From the human T2T-CHM13v2.0 reference genome, Homo sapiens, in NCBI RefSeq assembly GCF_009914755.1, contig NC_060928.1: a stretch of DNA of 64,000 nucleotides. One strand, given 5' to 3'. Position 1 is the first letter of the stretch; the number at the start of each line of letters is the position of its first letter. Both the position numbers and the translations under genes were made by a program. A model generated the notes under the pieces. It was given only the letters and a program-made list of their open reading frames with translations, searched no databases and was not told the DNA's origin. This document shows, piece by piece, positions 13,511 through 26,952 of the stretch.

Positions 13511-13990
13511 GTCTCTGACCTTAAAAGTATTTCTTAGCTTTTTCACCCAACCTTCTTTTAGATGAGACAAGAAGACTAGAGTAGCTGGAGTTGCTTCATT
13601 GCCCTTCTCACAAGCCAGATAAGGCTATGGTCAAGTTTTTCCCTAAGGAGTAGGTCTCGTTATAGAGAATGCTTTGGACATATTTCAAAATACATATTTT
13701 TCTTCTCCCCCGATTAGAAACATGAGAGGATTTTTCTTTCCTTTTTACTCTGAGAACCTAGGTTGGGAAGGGAGAGTAGAGAGAGTTTACTTGGAGGTCT
13801 AATCACAAAAGCGTGGCAGGGGCAGAAGGGGCATCCCTGAGACTATCAGTTCTGAGAGTTTCTCAAGTCTCATGCAGTCCACACTCAGCCTCCAGCGATT
13901 TGCCCAATCACCTTCTCAATGTGCATGCCAGTCATGGCTTCAGGGGCTTCCACTGCGGGTAAACTGATCTTGACTATGATTTTCTGTATT
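13511..13990 (-). repeat. Arm 2 of ~478-bp inverted repeat
   Basis: Ends gtctctgac / ttttctgtatt match gtcagagac / aatacagaaaa of arm 1. Confidence 0.92.
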
Positions 13991-15369
13991 AGAAAGGTGA
14001 GAAAAAGAAAAACTATTTGACAATTTTTCAAATATACCAAAGCAGATTTTTTTTGGAGATTAGAAAAGAATGGAGTATGCAAAATACACACACTCCTGTC
14101 TGGAAGAGTGAATAACCAGGGAAGAGAAGAGCATCCTGCAAGACAGTGTAATAATTAAAGGAAATAAGAAGCATGCAAGTTCAATCAAATACGTTCTGAA
14201 AGGTAAAATCCCAATGAAATGAAGAGGAATATTGGAAAGCTATCATCATAAAACAAGGAAGAACAAAACTATTTTTATTAACAAATAAATTGGGATGAAA
14301 GGCAAAATGGGCATAGATAAGACTAAGTGATCAAGTAAAAGGAATTTTATAGATTAGAGAATACAAAATAAAAACACAAATTAAATCAATTAGAGAGTAT
14401 TTAATAGAGAGGATTAGGGCACAGGCTGAGGCATGGAAATAGAAGTGGAATTGGTGGCCCCGAAGTAAAGACAATAACCACATAAACTTTAAAAAAATGC
14501 AAAGATATATTTGAGTAGTTTTCTTTGAGATGATTGAATCTGAAGAACAAAAAATATATCACATTGATTTCTAGGAAAAACTGATATAGAAACTGATATG
14601 CATTCACCTAGTTTTTAAAGTTTAATATTAAAGTAAAGAAAAAACTTTACAGAAACCCAGGCATAATATGTAAGCAACTGACACGGAATTTTTTCTTTTA
14701 CTGACTTATATTGAAAAATCTTCTAAGTCAATAGCTAATGTCCCTAGTGAAGGATTTGTAACCTTCCTTTACACAGGCAGCCTCATTATAGTTCAGACAT
14801 AAAGGCAGTAGTCAGACATTCTCAAATATGAGAGAACTTAGCATTAGGAGACCAAAAAAGTAGTGAAAATAAAGAATTAAAGAAAACAGAAATCATCCCA
14901 AAAGTCTGATAAATAAGAAACATTCCTATTAAAAAACAGAAGCAGAACTAGATAACCAAGATGATTTTGGTTATAAAACAGAATGCCACCAATTTATAAT
15001 ACCAGTTTAGACCATTCTATATCACAGACTATAGATACAATAATATAAATAATTTTTCAAAAGAACTGTATTTTTAAACATATAAAACTTTAAATTTATA
15101 TTTTAAAAGCATAAATAATAAAATTTAGCAATTAGATAAAATAATTTCATCATCTATCCATGGGTAGTGAATAAGATTCAAATATATTTTTAAGTGATTC
15201 CATTATTATTTTTATAATTCTACATAGAAATTTACAAGAATCTTTAATGGCTTATATTTTTATAATTATACAATTTTAAAATTTTTTCCTTTTTTAAAAT
15301 TTGGTCATGTATTCATTATTCACTCAGTCAAAATAATATTGAGTTTTAAACTGAACATAGCATGTATAG

Positions 15370-15880
15370 TAAAGTCTTCTAACAATTGATGATTTTCAAC
15401 TATAACACACAACTACAAAACCTCAGTGGCAAACAACAAAAAAGACCTAAGCTTACGAGTCTGTGGGTTCAGCTGATACAGTACAGGTTCAGCTCAGCTG
15501 AGCTCAGTGGCTCACCCTGCAGGCAGCTGTGAATTGCCTAAGAGCTCTGCTGACTTCTGCTGGGCTTCCTTATGTCTAGGGGCTGGCTTACTGCTCTGAT
15601 ATAGAAAGGTCTCAACCAGTATGACTGGGCAACTCCATTCTATTCCATGTGTCTCCTTCTTCAGCAGCCCAGCCCAGCCTATTCTTGCGGTGACTGCAGA
15701 CGGGAAAGAGCAAGCCAGCCTATTCAAGTAAACACTGTTCAAGTTTTCCGTGTGTCATGTTTGCTTATATTCAATTGGCTGCAGCAAATCACAAGGCTGA
15801 GGCCATAGTCACAGGGCAGGTCAGACCAGTGTTACATGGTGAAAGGGCCTAAATATAGGGAAAGATAAAGAATGGAGACC
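15370..15880 (-). mobile_element. MLT1 (MaLR) LTR, old
   Basis: aaaacctcagtggc...gagtctgtgggttcagct...attcaattggc...aaatcacaaggc motifs. Confidence 0.6.
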
Positions 15881-15882
15881 AG

Positions 15883-16186
15883 GGCCAGGCACGGTGGCTC
15901 ATGCCTGTAATCCCAGTTCTTTGGGAGGCTGAGGCAGGCAGATCGCCTGAGGTCAGGAGTCCAAGACCAGCCTGGTCAATATGATGAAACCTTGTCTCTA
16001 CTAAAAATACAAAAAGTTAGCCTGGCATGGTGGCGTGCGCCTGTAATCGCAGCTACTCGGGAGGCTGAGGCATGAGAATTGCTTGTACATTAGGGGACAG
16101 AGGTTGCAGTGAGCTGAGGTCATGCCACTGCACTCCAGCCTGGACAATAGAGTGAGACTCTGTCTCAAAAACAAAACAAACAAAAA
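15883..16186 (+). mobile_element. Alu (AluSx-like)
   Basis: Full dimer ggccaggcacggtggctc... with A-rich tail. Confidence 0.95.
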
Positions 16187-16418
16187 GAGAATTAGGCCAT
16201 TTAAAACTCTACATATTTTTTTCTCTCACTGAGTACCTATTCATTTAACAAGCTCCTATCTAGCTATCTATCTATATGCATATTGAGATAAATAAAATAT
16301 TCTCAGAAGATTGAGTAACCTAATATAAGTAATAATTCCTAAACAAATACATTTATATATTGAAGATACATTAAATCATATTTTGACGTCCAGGCAACCA
16401 TTATTTAAAGTCAGCATT

Positions 16419-16726
<308 letters not shown>

Positions 16727-16915
16727 TCAGTGTTAAATTCAGATTGGAGATCCAATTCCAGAATTGTGGCAAGAAGGACTCCACAGACCCACTAGTCTTG
16801 CCATAATTGGTGAAAGTCTTTTTTTTTTAAAGAAGTTTGTTGGTTTTTTCTTTTTTCTTTTTAAAAATAATTTCAACTTTTATGTTAGATTGAGAAGGTC
16901 CATGTATAGGTGTGC

Positions 16916-16954
16916 CGTATTAGTCAGGGTTCTCTTAGAAGGACAGAACTAATA

Positions 16955-17011
<57 letters not shown>

Positions 17012-17394
17012 AAGGGGAGTTAATATTAAGTATTAACTCACATGATCACAAGGTCCCACAATAGGCCATCTGCAAGCTGAGGAGCAAGAAGAGCCAATAT
17101 GAGTCCCAAAACTGAAGAACCTGGAGTCCGATGTTCGAGGGCAGGAAGCATCCAGTATGGGACAAAGATGTAGGCTGGGAGGCTAGGTCTGTCTTGCTGC
17201 TTCATATTTTTCTGCCTGCTTTATATTTGCTGGCAGCTGATTAGATGGTGTCCACCCGATTAAGGGTGGGTCTGTCTTTCCCAGCCCATTGACTCAACTA
17301 TTAATCTCCTTTGGCAACACCCTCACAGACACACCCAGGACCAATATTGCATCCTTTAATCCATTGAAGTTGTAACTCAGTATTAACCATCACA
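16916..17394 (-). mobile_element. MLT2A1 (ERVL) solo LTR with internal (TA)n
   Basis: gtattagtcagggttctc...cagtattaaccatcaca; perfect 5-bp TSD tgtgc (16911-16915, 17395-17399). Confidence 0.9.
16957..17008. repeat. (TA)n microsatellite
   Basis: Pure alternating AT run of about 50 bp. Confidence 0.95.
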
Positions 17395-17667
17395 TGTGCT
17401 ATGTGAGTATATTGTGTGATGCTGATGTTTGGGATATAATTGATCCAGTCACCAGGTAGTGATCATAGTACCCAATGGTTAGTTTTTCAATCCTTGCCCC
17501 CTCCCTTCTCCCGAGTAGTTCTTAGTTTCTATTGTTGCTATCTATCTTTATGCCACATGTCCCCAATGTTTAGTTCCCACTTATAAGTGAAAACATGTGG
17601 TACTTGAAAACCAACAATTTAAAGTTTTTGAAAATTGTCCTAAAGATATATAGCAAATGGAGAAACT

Positions 17668-18043
<376 letters not shown>

Positions 18044-18519
18044 TGACACTGGGGCCACAACCTACTCTTATCTTTCTCACCCCCAGCTTAGCATGACAGA
18101 AGCTCCACTCCAGGTAGACGTGATCAAAAAAAAAAAAAAGAAAGAAAAAAGACAGAGTTTCTCTCTCCTCTACCTTCAAACTCCATAGGAAGAGATATGG
18201 TATCTTCCTGGGAGAGTCAGGAGCCAGCATTTCTTAGCTCCATCTCCCTCCCTACTTTCAGCCCTCTATTGCAGAAGGTAAATTTCAAGCAAGTTTGGCT
18301 AAAGGTTGGGGGCTACCTTGCTTCATCCAGCCCTTATTCGTAGGACAAAGGCTCTACACCAGGTGTGGCAGGCCCAGAATATTGGAACCATAATTGCCTA
18401 CCTCCCTGATCAATCATAGGGTGGAGGTTGCATATTGGGAGAGACAAGTAAAGAAGACCAACCAGGGGAGTGAGGAGGGCTGCCACCACCAACCAGGAGA
18501 GTGAGGAGGGTCTGTGGAT

Positions 18520-18705
18520 GGAAAATTATTAAAAGGAACTTGATTAGGGGTACAGGGATTCTTGCTCAACTTGCTTAGCAAGATTCCTTATTAAAACTGT
18601 TCTTGGCAAGCCAGAGGAAGGTAGCAGACTAAGTTTGAGGCCTAGCTGGGAAAAGGGCCTAGAGGAGGGTGACTCAAGTTTGGTCAAGGAATGAGTCCTT
18701 ATTAG
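18520..18705 (-). mobile_element. ERV1 LTR fragment (MER31-like)
   Basis: Reverse complement resembles the element at 1853 (ccttgaccaaact...cctcctctagg...ctaggcctc). Confidence 0.45.
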
Positions 18706-19606
18706 TTGAGAGTAATATCTGGAGACATCAATACCCCACTTTGAAAAATGAATGAATAATAATGCAGAAGAACAACAAAGAAACAGAATGCTTGAATAAG
18801 ATTGTAAACCAATCACACCTAAGAGATAACTACAGGAATTCCAGCCAACAACAGCAGAATACATGTTCTCAAGCACACATGGAACATTTGCTAGGATAGA
18901 TCTATGCCATAAAATAAGCCTCAATAAATGTAAAAGGTTTGAAACCATAGTTTCTTCTCCAACCATGATTTTTTTCTCTAATTTTGAAATTGGGCATTAA
19001 AAACAGAAAGAAATGAGAGAAAGCCATAAATATGCAGAAATTAACATGTTTCTAAATAATTAATAGGTCAAGAAAATCACAAGAGAAATTAATATGAATA
19101 TTAATATAAATTAAAATACACAACACACCAAAATTTATGAACTACTGCTAAAATCTTGCTTAGAAGAAATTTGTGGATATAAATATCTTTTTTTAAAAAA
19201 AGATCATTAATCAAGAATCTCAATTTTACTGTAAGACATTGGTAGAAGAGCAAATGAAACCAAAAACAAGCAGAATAAGAGACTAAGAAAGATCAGAGAG
19301 GAAATTAATGACATGGAGGATAGAAAAACAACAGAGAAAATCCACACTGCCAAAAGTTGGCTTTGAAAAGGTCTTTGAAAAGATCAACAAAATTGGGAAA
19401 AAAAAAAAAACACCTTTTAAGCTCAGCAAGAAAAAATGAGAAACAGCCAAATTATCAAAACCAGGGATAAAAGAGGATATTATTACTGACTTTAAAAGAA
19501 AACAAAAAGGATTATAAGGAAATACTTTGGATAATGGAGCACCAACAAATTAGGTAACTTGCATGAAATGGAGAAATTCCTATAAAGATACATACTACCA
19601 AAACTA

Positions 19607-20358
19607 ATGCCATCTGAAGACTATACACTGTATGATTCCAATTACAGCCTGTGCTTCAAAATTCATCCCTACCCTGACCCTAAACTATGGCAACCACTGA
19701 TTTGTTTTACTATCTGTATAGTTTTGCCTCTTGCCCTACAGGTGATTGGTTCCAGGAGCCCTGTGTATACCAAAATCCATGTGCACTTGAGTCTTGCAGT
19801 CAGCACTGGAGAACCTGTGTATCTAAAGTCAACCCTCTATATACACAGGTTTCACATCTCATGAATATTGTATTTTCCATCTGTGTTTAGTTGAAAAAAT
19901 ACACACATTAGTGGACCTCTGCAGTTCAAACCCATGTTGTTCAAGGGTCAACTGTATATGACATTCTGGAAAAGGCAAAACTATAGAGACAGTAAAAAAT
20001 ATCAGTGCTTGCTGGGAGTTGGGGTGGGGGTAGGGATGAATTTTGGAGCACAGAGAATTTTTAGGGCCATAAAAATTCTTCGTATGATACTATAATAATG
20101 GATACAAGTCATTATACATTGGTCCAAACCCACAGAACATACAATACCAAGAGTGAACCCTAATGTGAACTATGGACTTTGAGTGATTTATAATGTGTCA
20201 GTGTAGGATTATCAGTTGTAACAAATATACCAGTCTTTTAGGGGATGTTGACAATGAGACTGGCTATGTGTGAGAGCAGGGGAAATATGGGAAATCTCTG
20301 TACCATCCTCCCAATTTTCCTGTGAACCTAAAATTGCTCTAAAAAAAAGTCTTTAAGA
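19607..20358 (+). mobile_element. L1MC1-like 3' UTR fragment
   Basis: tccaaacccacagaa...gagtgaaccctaatgtgaactatggacttt...gtgaacctaaaattgctctaaaaa. Confidence 0.75.
19645..19954. mobile_element. MER8 (Tigger family) MITE with rearranged left end
   Basis: gattggttccagga...cagttcaaacccatgttgttcaagggtcaactg; TA on both sides (19643-44, 19955-56). Confidence 0.8.
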
Positions 20359-21839
20359 AAAGGAAAGAAAATGGCACATCAATATCTCTTATGAATACAT
20401 ACACAAAATTCTCAACCAAATACTAGGAAACCAAATCCAGCAACCCATAAAAATGATTATACATCATAAATGAGAGGGGTTTACATCAGGGATGCAAAGT
20501 CAGTTTAACCTTAGAAAATCAATTAATGTAATACACCATTTCAAAGGAAATAAAGGGCAAAAACCACATAATTATCTCAATAGATGCAGAACAAGTTTTG
20601 ACAAAATCTAATTTCTTTATGATGAAAGCACTCAACCAACTAGAAACACAAGGGAACTTCCTGTACCTGATAAAGAGCATCTACAAAATCCCCCAGCTAA
20701 AAACACACAATGGTAAAAGACTGAATGTTTCCCCCTGAGAAAGGAACAAGATGGTGATGTCTACCCTTGCTCCATTAATTCAACATTGTACTGGAGACTA
20801 TAACCAGGGAAATTAGGCAAGAAAATGAAACTTAAAATGCCAGAATTGGAAAGGAAGAGGTAAAATTATTTCCATTTGTAGATGGCGTGATCTTGCATAT
20901 AGAAAATCCTAATGAATGCACTGAAAGAAAACTATTAAAACTAATAAGTTCAGAGTGTTTGGATATACAACATCAGTATAGAAGAATCAATTCTATTTTC
21001 ACACACTAGCAATAAATATTTTGAAATGAAATTAAGAAAACAATTTCATTTACAATAGGATACAAAAGAATAAAATGCTTAAAAATATTAAAAGAAGTGC
21101 AAAATTTGTATGTTGAAACTATAAAACATGATTGAAAGAAATTAAAGAAAGACATCCCATGTTCATAGATCGGAACATGTAATATTTTTATCATGGTCAT
21201 ATTCCCCAAATTGGTGTACATATTCAATGTGGTCATTAAGAAGCTTAACTTAAAATTCACAACAAAATGCCAGGACAAAGAATAGCCAAAACTATTTTCA
21301 AAAAAGAAAAATAAAATTGGAGGACCTACACATCCTGATTTTAAAACATAGTATAAAACCACACTAGTAAAGATAATATGGTGCTGGCATAAGAATAGAC
21401 ATACAGATCAATGGAATCGAAATTAGAGTCCAAAAATAAACGCTCATGCTTAGGGTCAACCGATTTTCATCAAGAGTTTCAAGGCCATTTATACGGGAAA
21501 CAACTGTCTTTTTAACAAATAGCAATAAACACCTGGATATCTACATGCAAAATAATAAAGTTGGGCTCCTCCCTCACATCATACATAAGATGGATCCCAA
21601 ATGGACCAAAGACCTAAAAGTACAAGCTAAAACTATAAAGCTCTTAGAAGTAAGCATAGAAGTAAATCTTCATAACTTCAGGTTAGGCAAAGTCTACTGA
21701 AAGCATAAATGACAAAAGAAAAAAATAGGTAAATTGGACTTCATTGAAATTAAAAACTTTTGTACTTTGAGGCCATCCAGAAAATGAAAGTACAACCCAC
21801 AAAATGGGAGAAAATATTTGCAAATTATATATAGAACTT

Positions 21840-21842
<3 letters not shown>

Positions 21843-21874
<32 letters not shown>
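21843..21874. repeat. (CA)n microsatellite
   Basis: Direct. Confidence 0.95.
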
Positions 21875-21876
<2 letters not shown>

Positions 21877-23859
21877 CTTGTATCTAGAATATATAAAGAA
21901 CTCTTGCAATTTAACAATGAAAAGGCAACCAATCCAATTAAAATATGGGCAAAGAATCTGAATAGAAATTTCTCCAAAGATGCATAGATAACCAAAAGCA
22001 TATGAAAAGATGTCCAACATCAATAGTCACCAGGGAAATGCAAGGCAAAAGTCACAATGTCATTCATGCCTACTAGGATGGGTATAATAAAAACGACAGA
22101 TCTAAGTGTTGAAAAAGATAAAGAGAAATTGGAACCCTCATACGACGCTGGTAAAATGTAAAATGATGCAGCAACTTAGAAAAACATCGGGCACTTCTTC
22201 CTCAAAAGGCTAAATACAGAGTTACTATCTGAGCCAGCAATCTCGCTCTTAGGTATACACCCAAGAGGAATAAAAACATGTCCCCACAAAAACATGTACA
22301 CTAATGTTCATAGTAGCATTATTCATCAGAACAAGAAGTAGGAATAATACAAAGGTCCTTTAACTGATTAATGAATAAACAAAAGGAAGTTTATTCCTAC
22401 AACAAAATACTATTTGGCAATAGAAAATAATGCAATATTGATGTGTTACAACATGGATGAACCTTGAAAACATAATGCTAAGACAAAAGTCAGTCGCAAA
22501 AGACAACATATTGTATAATTCCATTTATATACAATGCTCAGAATCAGCAAATCTATAGACAGAAAGTAGATGAGTGGCTGCCTAGGGAGGCCAGGGTGGG
22601 ATGATTGGGTGTGATAGCTAATGGCTGTAAGGTTTCTTCTAGAGGTGATGACAATATATAAAAATGTATTGTGGTGGTAGATGCACAACTCTGAATACAC
22701 TAAGGACCATCAAACCGTACACTTGCAGTGGGTGTGTTTTATGGTATTTGAACTATATCTCAACAAAGCTGTTTTAAAAACAGATTATACCAGTACTGGA
22801 ACACAATTTTCTCAACAGAAATCAAACATTTGTAAATTCATGGTCATCAGATTTTCATTTACATTTTAATTACTAAATATAAATCCTAAATCTAAATATA
22901 TATCCAAACATAAACTTGTTTTTCTCATTTTTATGATTATTTAGCTTATTAATTGTTCAATTTTAATTTATCCCTCTACTGATTGCTGAAAATCACTAAA
23001 TTTTTTTGAAGAATAATTTTAGATAGATTTTTAAGGTCAATAAATACCTTGGAAAAAGACACTTTCTTTATTTTGAAATGTAATCTTTCACTGTTTCAGA
23101 GTAAATACACATCAAGAATGACTCACATGTAAATAATTGCAGATAAAATCCGGGAACTACATTTGAGCAGAGCCAGACTGTCATCCTGTAGTTCTTCAAA
23201 GGCTTTGGAACTGCCGCCAGTGGTTACATATTTTGCCGCTCTAAGTATCTTAAAATGGAAGAATCCCCCTCATACTTTCCATAAAGATTCGCCCACCACA
23301 AAGCATATTTGTTTGGAGACCTCCTCAGTGACATTTCACAATTGTGAGCGTGAATTATAGATTCCTATTACTTAAGCTTTTCATCAGGCCTAACTCTATG
23401 AATTTTGCTAGACTTTTTATTTTTCACTGAATTCTATTTCAACCTCATATCCATTGTGGATAACAGGAATTTTTCTCTCCTTCCGGAAATCCTTGTTTTG
23501 TGTGTGTGCATTTCAGAACACATTTGTGTGTGTGTATTTCTCTTGAATCAACAACCAGTGACTGATCTCTGCAGATCTACTGATAAAGGACATTTATTTT
23601 ACATTTGTACTTTATAATGTCATGTGATAAAAGTTAAGCCAAAATTCTGGGTGACAAGTCGCCTAAGGTGTCTTAAGAGCTGAGAACAAGTTATGTTCAG
23701 AATGCATGGATTTCTAGAATGGATATCCCAAACAGCTACTATATACATTATTATGGAGCTGCTTTCTGTTTCTTGAGAACTTGCATTTTCAGAAAGCAAT
23801 GTCCCTAAATTAAAAATGGCATTTGAACCTAGACTCCTACATAAATCTGTAGTGGGTAT

Positions 23860-24075
23860 TACATATGCTTTGGGGTCTGGAATTCTAAATCTAGCTCCCA
23901 TTCTGGCATCTTCAATTAGTGCCACTTGGAAAAGATGGCTTTAGTTCTTCTCACCTCAGTCTCCTAACATATAAAATGTGTACAATTTTTACCTACTTGA
24001 TAGAACTGTTGAGAAAACTAACTGAGGCAGCACATGTAAATTACTTCACACAGTGACAAAAACACTAAAGTTTTT
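23860..24075 (+). mobile_element. MIR SINE
   Basis: cctcagtctcctaacatataaaatg...acctacttgatagaactgttgag. Confidence 0.6.
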
Positions 24076-24529
24076 AATAGTAGAATTTAGGTTGCACAAT
24101 GTCTTAAATATAGAAGCTAGATAGTCAATATACATTAGTTTTAAAATTCTGCTTCCTTAACTTTCTAAAACTATGGAGTGTAGGTTATTTGTATAAATCC
24201 ATGTATATATGGCACCACATTAATGAACTGTATAGATTAACTATCTTATATTATCCTGCTTGGTTTGTGATGAAGAGGACAGCTTGCTCCATCTTTCAGT
24301 GTAATTTTAAGACAGAAAGCCTGCTATAAAACCAGTGAATTTCCAGGCCATCATAATAAAATTTCCTATGATAATAATAATGTGCTTTTGTTCAAAATTA
24401 AAATATTTGAAGAGATGAGAGTTTTAATATTAGTTTCAAAGACTGACATGACTTATTAAAATTATATTAATTTACGCTCATTATATCTTTTATGATAAAA
24501 ATTTTAAACCTCTGAAGCAACTCTGAGTT

Positions 24530-26480
24530 CATTCTAGCAATAAAATAAATATTTCAACACCTACTATGTGCCAGGAAGTTTTTAAGTGCTTAGACTGTAT
24601 CAGGGAACAAAACAAAGATCTTGCTTTGGGGAAGTTTACTTTTCTGAGGAGGGAGACCGACAATAAACTATACACACAAAAATAAGTCAGCTGTTTAGTA
24701 TGTACAACAGATAAGGAGAATTAAGAGTTCCATTGTGGTGCCATTTTAAATAAGATGGTTAGTGTATGTCTGGTTGAGAAGGATTTTAAGTGAAACCACT
24801 TAAAAGAGGTGAGGAAATTAGCAGTGCTGATAATTCAGAAGAGTAACCAGCAGAAGGAGGGCCAGGGCAAAAAGGCCCCAGAGCTTGAGTGTTCCTGGCA
24901 CGTTTGAGGAACAGTAAAGGGCCATTGAGTTGGAAGAACAGTTAGAAATGTGCTCAAAAGGTAACAGAGGAGCTTCATCAGGTGGAAACTTGTAGTCCAT
25001 TGTAACTTTGGGGAATTTTCGTCTAAGTGAAATTAGAAGAGTTCTGAGCAGAGTGGCATGCTCTGACCGATACTCAGAAGGAGCGCTCCAGCTCATATGT
25101 TAAGAATAGACAGCACAGGAAGAGGCACAGAAACAGGGAGCCGCTCAGCAGGGCATCGAGGTAGAGGAAAGAGAAGATGGCGGCTGCAGAGAGGCAGAAA
25201 GGAAGCCGGAAGCAGTAGGGATCTCGATTTCGGTATATTCTGAAAGTGAAGTCAGAATGATTTCCTGACATAGTGGAGCTGGGATATTAAAGAATGAGGG
25301 AAATCAAACGGGATTCCGATGCTTTTCACCTGAACGGGAAGACAGATGGAGTTTCACCAACCAAGATAGGGGAAGCTGTAAGCAGATCGTTTGAGGGAGG
25401 TGGAAATCGGGAGTTCAGTTTTTGGAAACATTTAGTTTGACATGTGTATTTGTCACCCAAATGGAGCTATCAAGGGGACAGCTGGATACTTAAGACCACA
25501 GTTCAGGACAGTGGTCTTGGCTGGAGATTATCAAAGGAATGAAAGCACGCAGAGTAGACGATCAAGGACCGAACTCAGGTTATTCAAACATTAAGAAAGA
25601 GACAAAGGAGTGACGTTGGAGAAAAACCAAAGATAATGTAATATTCTAGCAGCCAAGTGTGGAAAAAAATGTTTAGGGAGAAAGGGGTATACAACTACAT
25701 CAAATATTTCTGGTAAGTCAAGAAATATGAGAGCTGATCATTGACTATTGGTTTTAGCAATCTCGAGGTTATTGGTGATCTCTGACAAAGCAATTTTAGA
25801 GGAATGGATGAACTGAAAGCCAGATTTGAATGCCTTAAGAGAATAAGGAAAGGAGAATCTGAGACTATGAAAAAAGACAATCTTTAGAAGAGTTTTACTA
25901 CAAGGGATAATAAGAAAGTGGGAATTAAGAATTTCAAAGATTCATGAAATAACAGTAGTAAAGGCAATAATTCAGTAGAGAAGGGAAGGCTGATGATGTA
26001 TGACAGAGAGACAATTATCTCAGAATAGACAAAGAGTAGGCTGTCCTGCATAAATAGAGGGGCTGCACTTACATAGGATCATAAATAATTTGTGGTTTCA
26101 GGCAGAAAGACAGTTGGTGGGTAGATGGCATGATAGGATTCTGCAGAAACTTTCTTTTGGTTTCCTGCTTTCTCAATGAAGTAAGGAGCAAGATCATCAG
26201 ATGAAAGTGAAGATGAGGGAGGAAGTATTGGAGATGGAGGAGGGAAGAAGAGAAGATATGCAACTGTCATCAAGATGCTCGGATAGATTAGCAAACATAA
26301 CAGGGTTGCTGGGAACATCAAGGACCCACTTAATAATTTTGGTCATAAACTGAACATGTGAATTTAAAGCTGGACCAGTCATTGTTTTTACCCAACTATG
26401 TTCAGTTACATGGATGCAAGTATGGAATAAGCAGGAGTTGGAATTAAGGTTGTGTTTTCATTTTAAGTACTAAAAACTGA
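24530..26480 (-). mobile_element. L2 LINE remnant
   Basis: 3' end cacctactatgtgccagg; typical L2 segments (gagttcagtttt...catttagtttgacatg; gaggttattggtgatctctgacaa). Confidence 0.75.
25174..25212 (+). promoter_or_regulatory. Candidate YY1 (AAGATGGCGGC) plus tandem ETS/GABP (AGGAAGCCGGAAG) sites in a CpG-retaining patch
   Basis: Motifs read directly; function inferred only. Confidence 0.4.
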
Positions 26481-26484
26481 GTTG

Positions 26485-26952
26485 ATTTGTTTCCCATAGT
26501 TGTAACAAATTGTCACAAATGTGGTGACTTAAAACAACAGGAATTTATTCTCTCACTGTTCTGGAGGCCAGAAGTCAAAATCAGTATCAAGGGCTATAGA
26601 CGGGTTGACAGAGCTGCACTCCCTCTAAGGCTCCAGAGGAAAATCGTTTCTTTCCTCTTCCAGCTTCTGGTGGCTGCCGCATTTCTTGGCTTGTGGCTGC
26701 ATCACAATGAGCTCTGCCCTCGTGGTCACAGGGCCTTCTCTTCCATGTGCCAACTTTCCCTCTGCTTCTCTCTTAGAAGGATACATATGACTGCACTTAA
26801 AGCCCACACCAAAAATCCAGAATAATCTCTCCATCTCAAGATTCTTAATTTAATCACATTTCCAAAATTCTTTTTTTTGCCATATAAAGTTACCTTTGCA
26901 GGTCCAGGGATCAGGACATGAATATCTTTAGTAGGGGCCTTACCTAGCACAG
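26485..26952 (-). mobile_element. MLT1C/MLT1D (MaLR) LTR
   Basis: cttaaaacaacaggaatttattctctcactgttctggaggccagaagtc...atccagaataatctctccatctcaag. Confidence 0.8.

Larger units (their letters stand above)
16855..17606 (-). mobile_element. L1PA16/L1PB-type 3' UTR fragment, interrupted by MLT2A1
   Basis: tttcaacttttatgttagat... resumes as tgtgatgctgatgtttggg...cccacttataagtgaaaacatg. Confidence 0.7.
18706..22780 (+). mobile_element. L1MB-type LINE-1 (degraded ORF2 plus 3' UTR), interrupted at ~19607-20360
   Basis: ORF2-like stretches (atctcaatagatgcagaa; aaagacatcccatgttcatagat) and L1MB 3' end (tatatctcaacaaagctgtt). Confidence 0.8.

Noticed and set aside
18457-18510. 23-bp near-tandem repeat; a similar ~35-bp one lies at 36747-36813
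   Set aside because: Real but small, ordinary slippage-type duplications with no further signal
18544-18966. 140-aa minus-strand ORF
   Set aside because: Spans antisense L1 ORF2 and an LTR fragment
23150-23200. GGGAACTACA resembling a ZNF143 site
   Set aside because: The required TCCCA half is absent
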